In this document: positions 52,141 through 64,000 of the stretch, in pieces | Layout: the number at the start of each line of letters is the position of its first letter | How positions within the stretch are numbered: the first letter of the stretch is position 1 | NCBI GenBank assembly: GCA_050084985.1 | Contig: JBITNC010000001.1 | Span: 104,160,001-104,224,000 of the forward strand | Source: Nageia nagi | Taxonomy: Eukaryota > Plantae > Pinophyta | Reading direction: 5' to 3' | Length of the DNA: 64,000 nucleotides | The notes under the pieces: model-generated | What the model was told of the DNA's origin: nothing | Databases searched by the model: none | The model's input: the letters and a program-made list of their open reading frames with translations, nothing else | Position numbers and translations under genes: made by a program

Positions 52141-53393
52141 TATATACAATTATACTTATCTTATATATTTTTCAATTATGGGTGGATCCAAGAAGTTGGG
52201 TCCACTTTAAGGCCAAAAATTGGAAGTGTTTTCTTTGATTCTTCAATTTAGGTATGATTGATATCTAAATTTGAAGCACTTATACATTGAATCATGAAAA
52301 AGGTCACTATGATGAAAATGTAGTGCTTGGAGTCTAGTTTTTAAATACATAATTTTTTCCAATACCCAGATCATAGCATTTAAAATTTGATAGGATGAAC
52401 AAAAACTACTTTTAAAAAAAAAAATATTTTTGAACAATAACATGTGTGTGTCTGTCCACCATAATTTGACTAAAATCAATGTATTTTTAAAAATATTTTT
52501 AGGAAAAGATACCTAAACAATTAGAGCCTATCCCAGATACTTTTCCATAATTTTGCCATTAGTATTTTTTTTATTAATTATTTATCAGACATGTTTATGG
52601 TTTTGAAAAGTGCTTGTGTCTATCCACCATAATTTGATATTAAATTAATATTGTTTTAATTTTCTTTATTCTTATAAAGAATTCTTTGAAGCTTATCTCT
52701 ATATAATATTTTTTCATAACTTGAAAAAAAACTTATTAAGAAAATATGAGACCCTTATATTTTAAGTATATGAACTAGTCTCACCAAAAATTAATAGAAT
52801 AATATAAAATATAAACCAATTCTAAAATAAATTGGATATTTTAATTCCTCATTCTTTCATCTAAAATGGGTTTCAATTTTGTGACAAAATTCAATTGAAA
52901 TCACCATGAACTATATGCTCGAATTTACAATTTTGGGTTGAAATCAACCATGGACATTTATTTGTAGGTCCAAGGCACAAGTTTGGCTCAACAAGCCTTT
53001 TTTGAGCATAAATATGAGGTTGGTGGGTGGTTTTGGGTACATATTCTTGGGCCACAAAATTTGAAAAATTTGGGATCTAGCTATATCAGGATCTTGAATT
53101 TTACTTCATAAATTAGGATCCTAATTTTTACCTGATCGTTACAAGGTGAAGAAGATAGACATCTTATTAAACAATCCAACAAAAACATCTCGCATCATTC
53201 TCTTACATTCATATACAGTGATACACAAGGATGATTTTTGCAAAATTTGACTTAGTTTTGGCACATGCATGGACATTATTCAATCAACTTACAAAAGTGC
53301 AGATGCAAGGTATCTTTTTCAATCAATTTAAAGTTAAAACAATTTTTTACAAAGTGAATTAAAGTCTTAAATATAGAAGCAATCATTGCAATC

Positions 53394-56300
53394 ATGTCTA
53401 TGTTTGGAAGATATACAAAGTTGAATTTGCCAACTTCTCAATCAACATTATGGGTGATAAAAAATGACAAAAAAAGAAAGGATAAAATTTCATGTCATAT
53501 GAAGATATTCTTGCAAGAAGAGAAAATGATGCAAAAAGAAAAAGAGAAAAAAGAGCACAAAATAATGAACCAAATTGTAATGAAGCACCTAAAAGTTCCA
53601 TAACGATTGAAGAGGAAAACATTGAAAAGAACATGAATGTAGATATGACTATAGATGTTGTACCATTGAATGAATCTTCAAATTTAATGAATATGGAAAC
53701 CAATACAAGTATTTTTTTGAATATTTATTTTGTATCTTTTTATAATTTTAGGTATTTTTCAATATTCTCATTAAGCTTCTTCAAATGATTAAGAAATTAT
53801 TTAATGTCTTTGTGAAGGGTTTAAGAGTTTAAGGGTTTAGGGTTGAATAGTTGAAGGGTTTAGGGGTAGGGTTTTAGGGTTTAGGGTTATAGGGTTAACA
53901 TTCTAGTGTTTAGTTTAATGTTTAATTAAGTCTTGAACAAGTCAGTAATTAATTGTTACCTTTGCTTCCATGTGTAGTAAATTATGGTGAGTCAACCCCT
54001 AGCCTTGGAGTACCAACTATGGGTGTGAATCTAGGTATGTCTTAGAATCCATATGTTAATGATATCAAGAATGAGAATCTTAATAATACTGATGATACAA
54101 TTCTTTTTACATATTGAAAGTAATATTTTAGATAATGTTCTTAGTATGACATCTATGAGACAAATGAGAACACATGCAAGCAGAATATATGATCAATTTT
54201 ATCTTAATAAGGAGCTACGATTTCAATGTCAATTCATGGTATAATTAATGAGAATGTAAAAAATGAGAATAGTAATGAAAACTTTAGGTGTTCATGTGAA
54301 AAATAAGGATCATGTAAGACAAGTTATATTGACTATTGCTAGTGCCATGGACTCTATTGGGAAGAAGATTTTATCTAAAGATAGGAATACAACACAATGA
54401 AACATAATAACTACATTAGTAAATACATGAATTGTAAAGAAAAAATGATTGGTAGTCTTAGTGTATGTCTAAATATAAACCCTAAAACTTTGCAAAGAGT
54501 TATGAGGAGAAGAAAAAGCATTGAAGGTGATCCAATCAACCAATTTTGGAGTTTTAGTGGTAGACTTCCTAGGTCTAATAGAAAATTCACTAATGAGATA
54601 AAATGCTTAATTGAAAAATATTGGCATGGTCATACAAGGGTATCTCCTAATAGTAAATATTTTTTAAAACAAAGGAAATCTCTAGGGGCAAAAGATCATC
54701 AAACTATGTATGCAAAACACTTTTTAGATATGACTCAAACTCAATTATACAATAATTTTGTAAATGAGAATGTATTAATTAGTTTTTATATTAGCCTAAG
54801 TCGAAGATCTTTTGAAAAATACAAACCTTGCTATGTTAGAACTAATAACCAAAGAATCACATGTTATTGTACTACTCATATGCAATTTAGATATTATTAT
54901 CAAGTTTTTTTGTATATACATAGTACTTTGCATACTAACAACTTATTGCAAGGATGCAATTTTAATATACCACCTGAATCTATCAATGAGTTTATAGCAT
55001 GTTTATTTTGTCAAATTCTAGATGGTCAATTATTTTATTCAAATGCATATATTTAAGGACAATGTAGTATATGTGGGAACATTTCATTTTTAGAAGAATG
55101 TGTACATAAAAGTAGTTTACATGATTTTGGACAAACACTAATAGATATCAAAAAATTTAAGAATGTTGAGTACACATTAGAGGATGGAATAATTGGGAAG
55201 TGTGTTGATCTAACAATTGAAAATGTTAGTGTCCATAGTTTTACGAATGATTTTAAGAGTAACTTTATTCCTAAATATGTGAAACATTCCCAAAATACTC
55301 AATGGCTTCTTAGTGAAATTCGTTAATGTAGAAAAACATTTCCATATGAAACTATATTATTAGTCATAGACTTTGCAGAGAACTATACTCTAGCACCATA
55401 AGAAGAAATACAATCCCAATATTATAATTCTCAACAGGTTTCTATTTTTTTCATATTGTATATAGACATGTTGATGATAGTGTAGAATATAATAGAAAAG
55501 TTATGAGGGAGTACCATTTTTGTGTAAGTGATAATCGATTACACTCACTAGAGTTTATGCAATTTTGCTTTAAGATATTCTATACAAATTTGAAGGAACA
55601 AAATATTTATATGACACAACATTTGATATGGTCAAATACTTATACGAGATAATTTAAGAATGCATGAATGTTTTACTAGTTAAGTAGGATGCATAAAGAA
55701 TACAATGTCCAACATATATGGTGATTTTTTAAATTTGGACATGGTAATGGTAAATATGATGGAACTGGTCCATGTAAGAAAAGAGCTCTTGTTAGAGAAC
55801 AACTTAAATTTGAAGATTTGGTAAAATTTCAAGATGCACATGCAATTGTAGATTAGTTCAATGGAAATATATCTACTATATCAAAAGAAATTTCTATAAG
55901 TCAATGATTCTTTTGGTTAGTCAAAGAAAATAATATTATGATTCATCATGATTGCAAGAAAATTAATGGATCAATGACATGGCATTCATTCAAGACTTCA
56001 AATGCAAGCACATGGACTATTTACACTATGGAGCTTGCATGTTTTTGTGATTCTTGTAATGTAGGTGAATCAAAGGTATGTATAAATGCAAAATGGGTTT
56101 AGGAATGGAAAGAAATATCTTTAATACCTATAGGTGTGCATGATCAACAAAAATTATTCATTGAAGATGAGAATCAATTATTTACATCAAAGGACTATGA
56201 TCGATTTTATGACCTTGTACAAGAAAGTAATTTAAAATAATTTAAACTTCCCTTTTTTTTATTTTATTTACATAAATACACATTTTTGTAAATAAATGAA

Positions 56301-56728
56301 CTAATTTTATGTTTCATACTCTTATATATGAATTATATTTGTAGGACATGTGTATGCTATTATGGCATTTGAATGAAATGAAGAGAAATTAAATTATTAG
56401 GTGGCTCAATGTGTTGAGATAAAACATAAGTTAACTTATCCTTAATGTGATGATGATGAATTTGAGTATACAATAGGTTTTGTGGTGGTTTTTGGTACAT
56501 GGATATGAAAAATAGTACCAAGAAGAAATTGTTTGGGAGCATATGAAGATTTGAACCAAAGAAAAAAAATTATTCACTATTCTCATTTGATACTAGAAAT
56601 AAATATAAACTAGAAAAATATAAAGAGAGCCCTACTAATAGATTATTGTGGAAATATTCAATGCAAGAACATGAGACAATTATGAATGCATTACATGAAG
56701 AGAAGATGTAGATGGTATCAATGATTAA
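53394..56728 (+). pseudogene. Spliced Sola-like DDD transposase (DF[AS]ENY family), decayed
   Basis: ORF 54397-55056 (SRRSFEKYKPCYVR...TCYCTTH) continues through VIDFAENY..EEIQSQYY..QVSI (D at 55369), VSD..H, WSN...FKN (D>N at 55635), GHGNGKYDG.G..KR (D at 55758) and LACFCDSC. Putative introns at ~53710-53977 and 56227-56344 (GT..AG). The start position is approximate. Confidence 0.82.
53816..53897 (+). repeat. Degenerate plant telomere-type (TTTAGGG)n tract in a putative transposase intron
   Basis: aagggtttaag..ggtttagggttg..ggtttaggggtagggttttagggtttagggttataggg. Confidence 0.8.
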
Positions 56729-56747
56729 CAAATACAAGTAATTTTAT

Positions 56748-56891
56748 ATCCCCTCCATCTCCACTTTCCCTTCACCCTTTCATCTCCACTGCACCTTACC
56801 CTTCATCTCCACTTCCCCATCACCCGTTCATCTCCACTTCCCCTTCCCCTTCATCTCCAATTCCCTTTCCTCTTCATATCCCCTTCCCCTC
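56748..56891. repeat. Pyrimidine-rich tandem repeat (~23-bp CCCCTTCA-CCCTTCATCTCCACTT units)
   Basis: About 6 units of C/T-rich sequence right after the transposase stop codon. Confidence 0.8.
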
Positions 56892-56892
56892 A

Positions 56893-56965
56893 ACTATCTT
56901 AGCTCAATTGGTATAGCATGTGATTTATAAACACATGCTAGTGGGTCTAATTCCCATAGATGGTA
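56893..56965 (+). tRNA. tRNA-like cloverleaf (decayed; anticodon reads TAT, possibly from TGT/Thr)
   Basis: Acceptor actatct/agatggt; TA at positions 8-9; D arm gctc-aattggta-tagc; anticodon arm tgtga-tttataa-acaca; variable region tgcta; T arm gtggg-tctaatt-cccat; discriminator A. Canonical 73-nt spacing, but a non-canonical T loop and 2 stem mismatches. Confidence 0.7.
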
Positions 56966-57099
56966 GACCTTCTTGTAAACTTGTAAATTCAATTAAGGTT
57001 GTTATCTTACAAATGAGTTATATGTACTTATAACCTTGGTTTTCTAGTTATATGTACTTATAAACTTCATTGTCTTATCCTCTAAAGAATATTGATAAT

Positions 57100-57950
57100 A
57101 ACAATTGTAGTTTTGTCTCTCTACTAGAAAAACATATATTTCCTTGAAATTCCAACTACCCCTTCTTGTATAGCCTAATTATTATTTCATGTTCTACCCA
57201 CTTTCCTCAAGACTTATTTTGCTTTATTAGATAAACAAATTGGAGGACAAGAAAAGTATCATATGAATCCATTTTAAGAAATATATTTAGATATGTTTAT
57301 CAAATAATTTTATTCTTCTTCACTTATTGGGGTATCTAACATTGCCTTGATATTCCTAAGTATATTTTCACTCTAATACCAATTGAAATAATGAAAAATA
57401 TGGTGGGGATCAAAACATGTAAAACTTTGATATAATGTGTATTATATTACTCAATTCCATGCATTATAATTACCTTATCATCATTTTAAAGATATAACAA
57501 ACTTATGAATTTAATTAGTCCTTATAGACATCTAACAACTTATTTACATTCACATTTTTTTATTAATATTAGATGATATTTTTTCAATACAACATGATTT
57601 ACATTCAATATTATCTAAAAATAGTAGATGATTATCCTTTTCACTAATTGATTCTTAACTCTTAATGTGGAATATATGTTTGATATTTTCATTTTACCTT
57701 GTGAGTAGCTTGGTTTTTACTAGAGCTTAGTGAATTTGAATTCCCCTTAAATGCATTAACATTAGTGATAATCAATACTTATCCATATTATATTCATGCT
57801 ACATTGGTTATTGAATATCTTGGTCTTGGAGATCATTAATCTTATAAGATATTTCATCTCTACATTCGCATTCACATTTGTTTATTAATACTAGATGAAG
57901 ACAACAAAATTTTAGAAGATAAAAATTGCATATTCTCATATTAGGAATGC
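57100..57950 (-). mobile_element. Possible nested LTR-retroelement remnant
   Basis: Reverse PBS-like ctctaataccaa at 57371-57382 followed on the minus strand by a short gag-like stretch. Confidence 0.3.
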
Positions 57951-58380
57951 TCCTACATAATTATAAATTTTTAAATATTATCTAGTTTTAAGGTTTCTTA
58001 CTTATTATGACATTTGTTTTCTTGTAAACTCAATAATATTTATTATCTTGTAAACTTCTTACATGTACTTGTAAACTTGTAAAGTCAATTATGTTTGTTG
58101 TCTTGTAAACTTTAATAGTAACATAACAAAAGTACATAACAACATGTAATGTAATACATCTAGTCAATGTAATAATAGTAACATATATGTGTCTAAAGTC
58201 CAAAGTACAAAGTCCATAATATCCAAAGTCTAATGTTCAAAATAACTAACATACCAAAACAACAATTACCTAATCAATCCAAAGTCCATAATATATAAAG
58301 TACAAAGTACACAATAAAGTCCAAATTCCTCATACATCATGATATATAACTAACATAACAAAGCAAAAACTACTAATCAA

Positions 58381-60141
58381 TCATAGATCTATCTATGTAG
58401 AACTAGTTGTATCTCCATCATCAATCCTCCTCCTCTTTTCAACTGATGCAGATGCCTCTTACTTTATAACATAAATAAAATTAAGTTAGCATACATATTA
58501 CAATTCATATTTATAATTCCTTTAAGTATTTAATAAAATAAAATAATATTAATATATTTACAAATTTTTAAAATACACATAAATATTACCATATCATGAT
58601 GTTGAGATCCTCCCTCAATAATTGTATCCTATTGTATAGATGATGTGTCAATATCATTGAGATGAAATGCATGAGAAACCACATTATAAAAGATCAAACA
58701 AAAAATATTGAATAAAAATGGAGTTGTTAAATGAGTTATAAATTTTTAATACCTATAAATTGCATCCACATACACTATATAAAATTAAGTAGATATATGA
58801 ATGACCACCTATGGAGTGCTAGATGTTGAAGGCTTTGCCATCAATATCTACCTAAAATACAATTTATATTTTTAGCATACACATGTTCATATGTGGATAA
58901 TATATAACAAAATTAATATGGAAAAAGCATAAACATGATATACTTATTTACCTTAAAAGGTATGCCAGTACATCTAGGAGTGGATGTCATAAAATCTCTA
59001 TGAGATACACCTAAAGTGAAGCCTCCCATTGTCTATGATAAAACATGTAAAAGTGTTTACATTTTAAAATAAATATACATATAATTCAAATTAATTTATA
59101 TATATACTTTACATACATGGCAAATATGCTTAAAATATGGCAAATGTACCTCTCTCCCAGTAAGGTCAATATCATTGATGAACATCATTTTTTTTATTAG
59201 CTAAAGAGGGGTCAATACATATATTGTCACAACTCTAGAAAAATTGTTGTGCAACTCCAATAACTCTAGCATCATCTCTATGCTCATTGACATTAGCTAC
59301 CATATGGGAAGCTTGTTTAATGAGAGTATAAGTAACCTGACTTAATGCTCCTAATGCCAAAAAAATTACTTGACGAAAAGCTAGGGTAGGAATAGAAGTA
59401 GTAGGTGGAGGGATGAGTGGTCCAGAATGCATGAATTGACCTAGATTAACCTATGCTCTAGGTCTATTTTTTCTCAAGCCATGACTAATCCCTTGATTTT
59501 ATCTCATATCAAAATAATTCACATGCTTTCCTAATACACACTCAACATATATTTTCTTTCAAAAATATAAAGGCACATTGGAATTGGAGTGTGGTGGTTT
59601 ATCAAACATCATCCACCATCAATCCCAAAATTTCTCAACTATCATAGGATGGATGCACCAATTACAAGGAATTATTTCTTTGTTAGGAGGGATACACTGT
59701 CTGATAGATGAATCAATGAAGAGTGGAGCAAGGGTGGCTTTGGTAATACCTAACTTTTTTACCTCTCAAGTGGAGAGACCATCTAAATAATATTATCTCA
59801 TGCACTTTCTCCATGCCTTGAAAGTATACATATCACCATCAACACTCCTAATAGTATCAAATACATTTTGCATCAAAGATGCAAATAATATAACATGGCT
59901 CAGGGAGCTGTGATTAGTCTAAATATGGTGAATCTTTTCTTGTAATTGGTTAATGTTATGAGCAATAGCATCTTGTAAATTCAACTCATCTAAACCATTG
60001 GGCTAGGGTGGGGTGGGGGTGTAGGTGTTGGAGGGGGTGGAGGATCGACATGTGGAGGGCACGAATTTATGGGATATTTTGGGTTGCATCATGCAATGTC
60101 TCATATATGTCATGATAAAATTCATGGGATGAGTTAGCCAT
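58381..60141 (-). pseudogene. Multi-exon accessory gene of unknown function inside the DNA transposon, convergent on the transposase
   Basis: Minus strand: MANSSHEFYHD, a Pro-rich tract, then LDELNLQDAIAHNINQLQEK...FKAWRKCM..YYLDGL...EKFWD.WWMMFDKPP..NVPLYF..KIYVECVLGKHVNY...MHSGPLIPPP... Donor at ~59149, then small GC-richer exons near 59030-58950, 58850-58808, 58655-58590 and 58470-58381 (KRRRID, NLS-like), separated by AT-rich introns with GT donors. Confidence 0.65.
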
Positions 60142-63100
60142 TATAGAAAAAAGATACCCATAAATATTATCAATAACATAGAAATAGAAATAAATTCATT
60201 ATCACATTATCAATATCGCATGTTTAATGAGAAGTAGGATAAATATGCAAGGAACTTAGTATATAAGAGAACTCTATAAATACATAAAATCTAATCAAAT
60301 TTGAAAATTAAACAAGGTATGCAATAGACAAAACACAATAAAAGCCTATATGAATATGTAATAAAAGATAAAACATTTCATATTTATATTTATCTCATTA
60401 AGATTGAACACAACCAAAGTAATTCATGACTTCAAATCTCAAAAGATAAAAGAAATATGTATTTCCTTATCATGAATGATGAAGCACCACATTCTAGTTT
60501 TATCCCTAGTAGGGCTGTTAGACTCATAACACATCAAGTATGTTCAATACAATATAAAGAAGATAAAAAAAGAGGTAAATATATGGTTAGATATTATAAT
60601 ATTTAAAGCATTTACAAGAATTAATAGATTACTAATTGCTAATTTTAGAAAAGTGATGCATGCTAAAATTATAAATTTTTAAAGGACAAAGTTAAATACA
60701 CCTATAGAATTTTTAAAATAAATTAAAGCATTTTGTATACAATGTATTTATGATGAACTAGTGTATCGATACTCATAAATAGACTAAATTAAGATAAATA
60801 ACTTACAATATAATTTTAGGACCTAAAACATAAATATATTTAGAAAATAAAATTATTTACAAGAGTTTGAAAGTTTCATTTGAGAGAAAAAAGGATGTAA
60901 GTTATGTATTTTTGAATAAAAACTATTTAATTGTACATGTGAAAGTTTTTATATCTACTATACCTTTAGAAATAAGAATTCAAAAACTAATATGATTAAT
61001 AAACATGCATTATGCCTTTGTGGACTTGAATTGTCTAGACAAGCATGATGAACCTAACCTTCTTAGTAATTTGCTCAACCATGACTAGTACAAGGATAAA
61101 ATACTAGAGATCTAGTAAAAAATATTATTAACATAATGAAAACTCTTTCGTATCTATAACTCTTAGCATGAAAATGTAAATAGTGAAAATGAAATGAATT
61201 ATGTTCTTTTTATTTCAATGCCCCACCTATTAAGGATGGGTTAAATATTTAAGATTACATTTCTAAAAAATTGAAATTAATTTTCAAATGTGAGATTATA
61301 TTATGGAATGATCATAAGGTTTTTATTTTATTATTAGTAACTATAAAAAAAGTTACTTTATTCTTAGTAACTATAAAAGAAGTAAAGGAAATAAAATATC
61401 TGTTATGGGATAAAATAAATTCAAGGTAACAAAAAGTACATTATTATTGGGGAATCAAAGGAAGCAAAATAAATAGAAACCCATTTCGAATGGTACTTGA
61501 TAAAATTGAGTACCTAGTTTTAACATCTTTGTCAATAAATATGTACCAATAAGCCTTGTTTCATAGAGGTTAATGAAATACCTTATGAGATGTTTAATTT
61601 TTTCTTAACCTTAAGGATTTATGATATTTAAGTATATGATAGATGAAATAAATTATATTTGATGGCGATGTAATTTTTTGATATTCATACAAAGTTATAT
61701 TTTAACAAATGTGTATTATTTGTTTCATATTGAGCCAATTATGATGTATCTAGTTATTCTCTTTCTAGCTTCTACCATGACTCATTCCATTTGATTGATT
61801 TATGTTGTTATAATTGCTTAAAAGTAGAAGTGAAAAGTAAGATTAACTTGAAATCTATGTTGAAATATCAACTATATTAGGATGATTTTAATAAGATGTT
61901 GAGTGAGATAAAGGCCACAGGGTGTATTCCAAATTATATAATACCTATTTTTTTCAATACTAGACAATTTCCACAAATGAAATTGAACTATTTGCTATAA
62001 CATTATTTTTTAATACAATAATTTCATGGTATTGAACTATTTTTTATGAATCTTTTACAATTGTACAATGAAGGGTTTGCATTGATAAATATGAAAGGAG
62101 AAATGCTTTAAAGAAATAGAAAATACTCAAACTAAGAAAATTATGTTTTAAAAAATCTATTTATTATAGCTTTTCTTTTGCTCACAAATTAAGTTTTCTT
62201 AGTCAAAGTTTTGACAAAGTGAGTTATGATGCATTGAGATCTTAAGGAATATTAGATTATTAGGAATTTTTCACTTAAGTAAACTATCCCCAAATATAGA
62301 TAAATTAAAAAGCCTAATTATCTTTAGAATCAACTTTCAATTAAACAAACTATCTACAAGTTCATCCATCCTATAAAGAGTCACTATTAGGATATAATAT
62401 TCATAACTTTATAAGTTTAAATTTCAATTAAACTTTTATAAAAAAAATATAAGTATATTTTTTTCCCTATTATTTGCCATATGTTAATGTTATGATTTGC
62501 CTTTTCAAATTTTAAAATATATTCAAAAATACCTATCAAAATTCTCAACCATTCATTTTAAAAATTTATTAATGGTATCTAAATGTAACAAATATCAAAA
62601 ATTTTATCCTAATCAATCTTTGTTTTCTATATTAGTTAAAATATGTTATGATTATCTCAACCTTCATATCATTTATTTAGGCTAAGTCAAAGTTTTATTT
62701 CCTATTTGTCAATGTGTTATAAATGAGATCATCACTGTAAAAGTTTATGATATCTATCTACAAGAATTGAATTGTTCATTGTATGATTTGAAGAAATTAG
62801 GATTAGTTAAATCTCTTAGTAAGAAATTCGGGTTCTTGGTGATTGAAAAATGAACTAATTTAATACTAGATAATGATGCATTTGATAAGTTGAGATATAT
62901 ATTCTATTAGAGTAAATTTCACACTAATCCATGTATCTTACTATCATCAAAATTTGAATATGAATCTATTTACATCTACTCCATTATTTAGTTCAAAATA
63001 TATCTATATTAGAGTTATATATGAATAAAAATAGCAAAAAGCTACAAATTTCAACAAAAAAACTACATATGTTAATAAAAAAATCCTATTTTTTACAATT

Positions 63101-64000
63101 TTTTCCTATCAAATTTGTGAAAAAAAGATATTTTAACCCAAAAAAGAGTAGTAGATGGGGTTGACTACTTACTATGACAACATAGAGAGAATTTGAAGGT
63201 AGCTGGTGGTGTGTTAGGGATCCTAAAACTATATTGGGATCCCAATATACGTTGGGTTACCAAGACTATATTGGGATCCTAATACATTTAAGGATTAGGG
63301 GCTCAAAATATCAGGATCCTAATTTTTTTCATATCAAGATCCCAATATTTTTAACCCTAAATTTTTATTCTACACTTCCTCTTGAAGTGGACTGATCTTC
63401 TTGCTTCCATCCTAGACCAAAACTCTATAAGGATTGTTAACATATCATGATTAATAAGAAGGTAGCATGCATATAATATCTAACATATGCCAACATGCAA
63501 AAGGAAAGTCAATTCATCAAAGGTCATATCATCATAGTAGCACATATAGTTTCATAACTTTAGCTCTAAGGATTGGTAATGAGAAGTTACATCTAACAAT
63601 AAAAGGTAAAAATAAAATATATGTGCAATGATACATTATTTTTATATTTTCCATTTTAATTTAAAGTTTTACATTCAATCTCTATAAAATAAATGATATA
63701 AGAAATCATAAGATATTAGCAATAAGAACTCTTTAACTCTAATATTATTTGTATAATGGGGTTAAAATATTCACATAATAAAATTAAACTTTTTTCATTA
63801 TTAAACTCAAGGTGGTAAGATATAAAACATTAGATCTATTGTAAAATCACTAAAAATTTCATGAAAGGAGGGTAAAAAAACTTTAAAAGATTGATTCTTA
63901 AAATATTTATAAAATTTTAAGCCTAAGGATATAAAAATTTGAATAAAAATGTAACAAAAGACATAAAAAAATTGAAATGATCTCAACCAAAATATAGAAC

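Larger units (their letters stand above)
52180..63412 (+). mobile_element. ~11.2-kb TIR DNA transposon with a Sola-like DDD transposase and a convergent second gene
   Basis: 32-bp inverted termini GGGTGGATCCAAGAAGTTGGGTCCACTTTAAG (52180-52211) vs the reverse complement of 63381-63412 (25/32 identical). GGATCC/GGATCT subterminal motif clusters at ~53070-53125 and ~63215-63345. Confidence 0.72.

Noticed and set aside
52170-52185. Target-site duplication for the TIR element
   Set aside because: The flanks (attat | ... | tagac) give no clear duplication, so TSD length and the exact terminal base remain undetermined.
61150-63000. Possible LINE endonuclease remnant (GDFN-like motif at ~61880)
   Set aside because: One weak motif in very decayed AT-rich sequence is not enough to call.

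Overview
AT-rich, repeat-dominated nuclear DNA of a land plant. The gene and transposon content fits a non-angiosperm lineage such as a lycophyte, fern or bryophyte (inference). Left to right: (1) a decayed hAT (ZNF862-like) transposase and a very old Ty3/gypsy remnant (1-5 kb). (2) A ~32-kb head-to-tail array of one chromodomain-bearing Ty3/gypsy (Tekay/Del-like) retrotransposon in which neighbours share 3.3-4.5-kb LTRs (LTR-int-LTR-int-LTR-int-LTR-int', 5052-36936). The LTRs carry a CpG-retaining island, and LTR3 and LTR4 share a 539-bp identical tract. (3) A Ty1/copia RT remnant. (4) A two-exon GT47/exostosin gene resembling animal EXT1, inactivated by one nonsense codon. (5) A young Ty1/copia truncated in RT and fused to the 5' end of a second exostosin paralog. 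(6) An ~11.2-kb TIR-bounded DNA transposon (52180-63412) with a spliced Sola-like DDD transposase, a convergent intron-containing gene of unknown function and a 73-nt tRNA-like cloverleaf between them. This last element is the best candidate for an undescribed system. All calls were made by eye, and the boundaries of decayed elements are approximate.
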